A stretch of DNA of 63,887 nucleotides, counting the filler, from Vicugna vicugna (Eukaryota), in the NCBI GenBank assembly GCA_013265495.1. It is 79 parts of 79 records of this genome, joined end to end, with 100 filler letters (N's around TTAATTAATTAA, not from the genome) between each part and the next. Parts side by side here need not be neighbours in the genome. Positions count along the whole stretch, not along the records: positions 63,247 to 63,699 come from PNXW01030818.1; positions 63,800 to 63,887 come from MU063858.1; 77 more parts are not named here. One strand, 5' to 3'. The translations under genes were made by a program, and so were the position numbers. Positions 63,331 to 63,887 of this stretch are shown here, one piece after another. The notes under the pieces are model-generated. The model did no database searches. It worked only from the letters and a program-made list of their open reading frames with translations, and had not been told where the DNA came from. The first letter of the stretch is position 1. Every line of letters starts with the position of its first letter.

Positions 63331-63699
63331 CTATTGAAGCACAGTGAGTTTACAATGTTGTGTCAATTTTTGGTGTACAGCACAATGCTTCATTCATATA
63401 GGAAGATACATATATTCATTTTCATATTCTTTTTCACCATAAGTTACTACAAGATATTGAATATAGTTCCCTGTGCTATACAGTATAAACTAGTTGTTTA
63501 TTTTATATGCAGTAGTTAGCATCTGCAAATCTCACCAATTTATCCTTTTCCACCCCCTTACCCCCTGGTAACCATAAGTTTGCTTTCTATGTCTGTGAGT
63601 CTGTTTTGTAGATTAGTTCATTTGTATCCTTTTTTTCTTTTTCTTTTCTTTCTGTTTTTTTTTAAGGTTTCACATATGAATGATATCATATGGTATTTT
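63331..63699 (-). mobile_element. Lineage-type LINE-1 3' UTR
   Basis: CAAGATATTGAATATAGTTCCCTGTGCTATACAGTA...GGTAACCATAAGTTTG...TATGTCTGTGAGTCTGTTT...CACATATGAATGATATCATATGGTATTT. Confidence 0.85.
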
Positions 63700-63799
63700 N
63701 NNNNNNNNNNNNNNNNNNNNNNNNNNNNNNNNNNNNNNNNNNNTTAATTAATTAANNNNNNNNNNNNNNNNNNNNNNNNNNNNNNNNNNNNNNNNNNNN

Positions 63800-63860
63800 T
63801 TCCCAGTACCTCCATTAAAATAAATAAAGCTAACTACCCCCTACAAAAAGGAAAGAAGTA
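63800..63860 (+). mobile_element. Vic-1-type SINE 3' end
   Basis: TTCCCAGTACCTCCATTAAAATAAATAAAGCTAACTACCCCC followed by an A-rich tail; CCAGTACC matches the copy at 10423. Confidence 0.7.
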
Positions 63861-63887
63861 TTTAATAAACAATAAATAGTACAAAGG

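Overview
This window is not a contiguous locus. It is about 79 short unplaced scaffolds (roughly 0.1-1.6 kb, many with internal N gaps) joined by about 78 copies of an artificial 100-bp spacer, N44-TTAATTAATTAA-N44. The DNA is mammalian and almost certainly camelid (three Vic-1-type tRNA-derived SINE pieces, LINE-1, MIR, hAT fossils). No intact protein-coding gene, RNA gene, CRISPR array or prokaryote-type system is supported; most entries in the ORF track are read-throughs of N runs or satellite. About 35 scaffolds are satellite DNA of five types (my labels). A: GC/CpG-rich, 267-bp monomer. D: diverged, CpG-depleted multi-monomer relative of A. B: 249-bp monomer. C: AT-rich ~740-bp trimer homologous to B. 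E: AGAATAT heptamer satellite with a 189-bp higher-order duplication. The most interesting signal is this satellite library. It holds two superfamilies (A/D and B/C), each with a homogeneous monomeric form and a diverged higher-order form, and a ~740-bp trimer period appears in both C and a B variant. The remaining scaffolds are LINE/SINE/DNA-transposon fragments, CpG-island pieces with splice donors, one degraded coding-like exon and a multicopy non-TE segment. Repeat subfamily names are recognised by eye and need RepeatMasker/Dfam confirmation.
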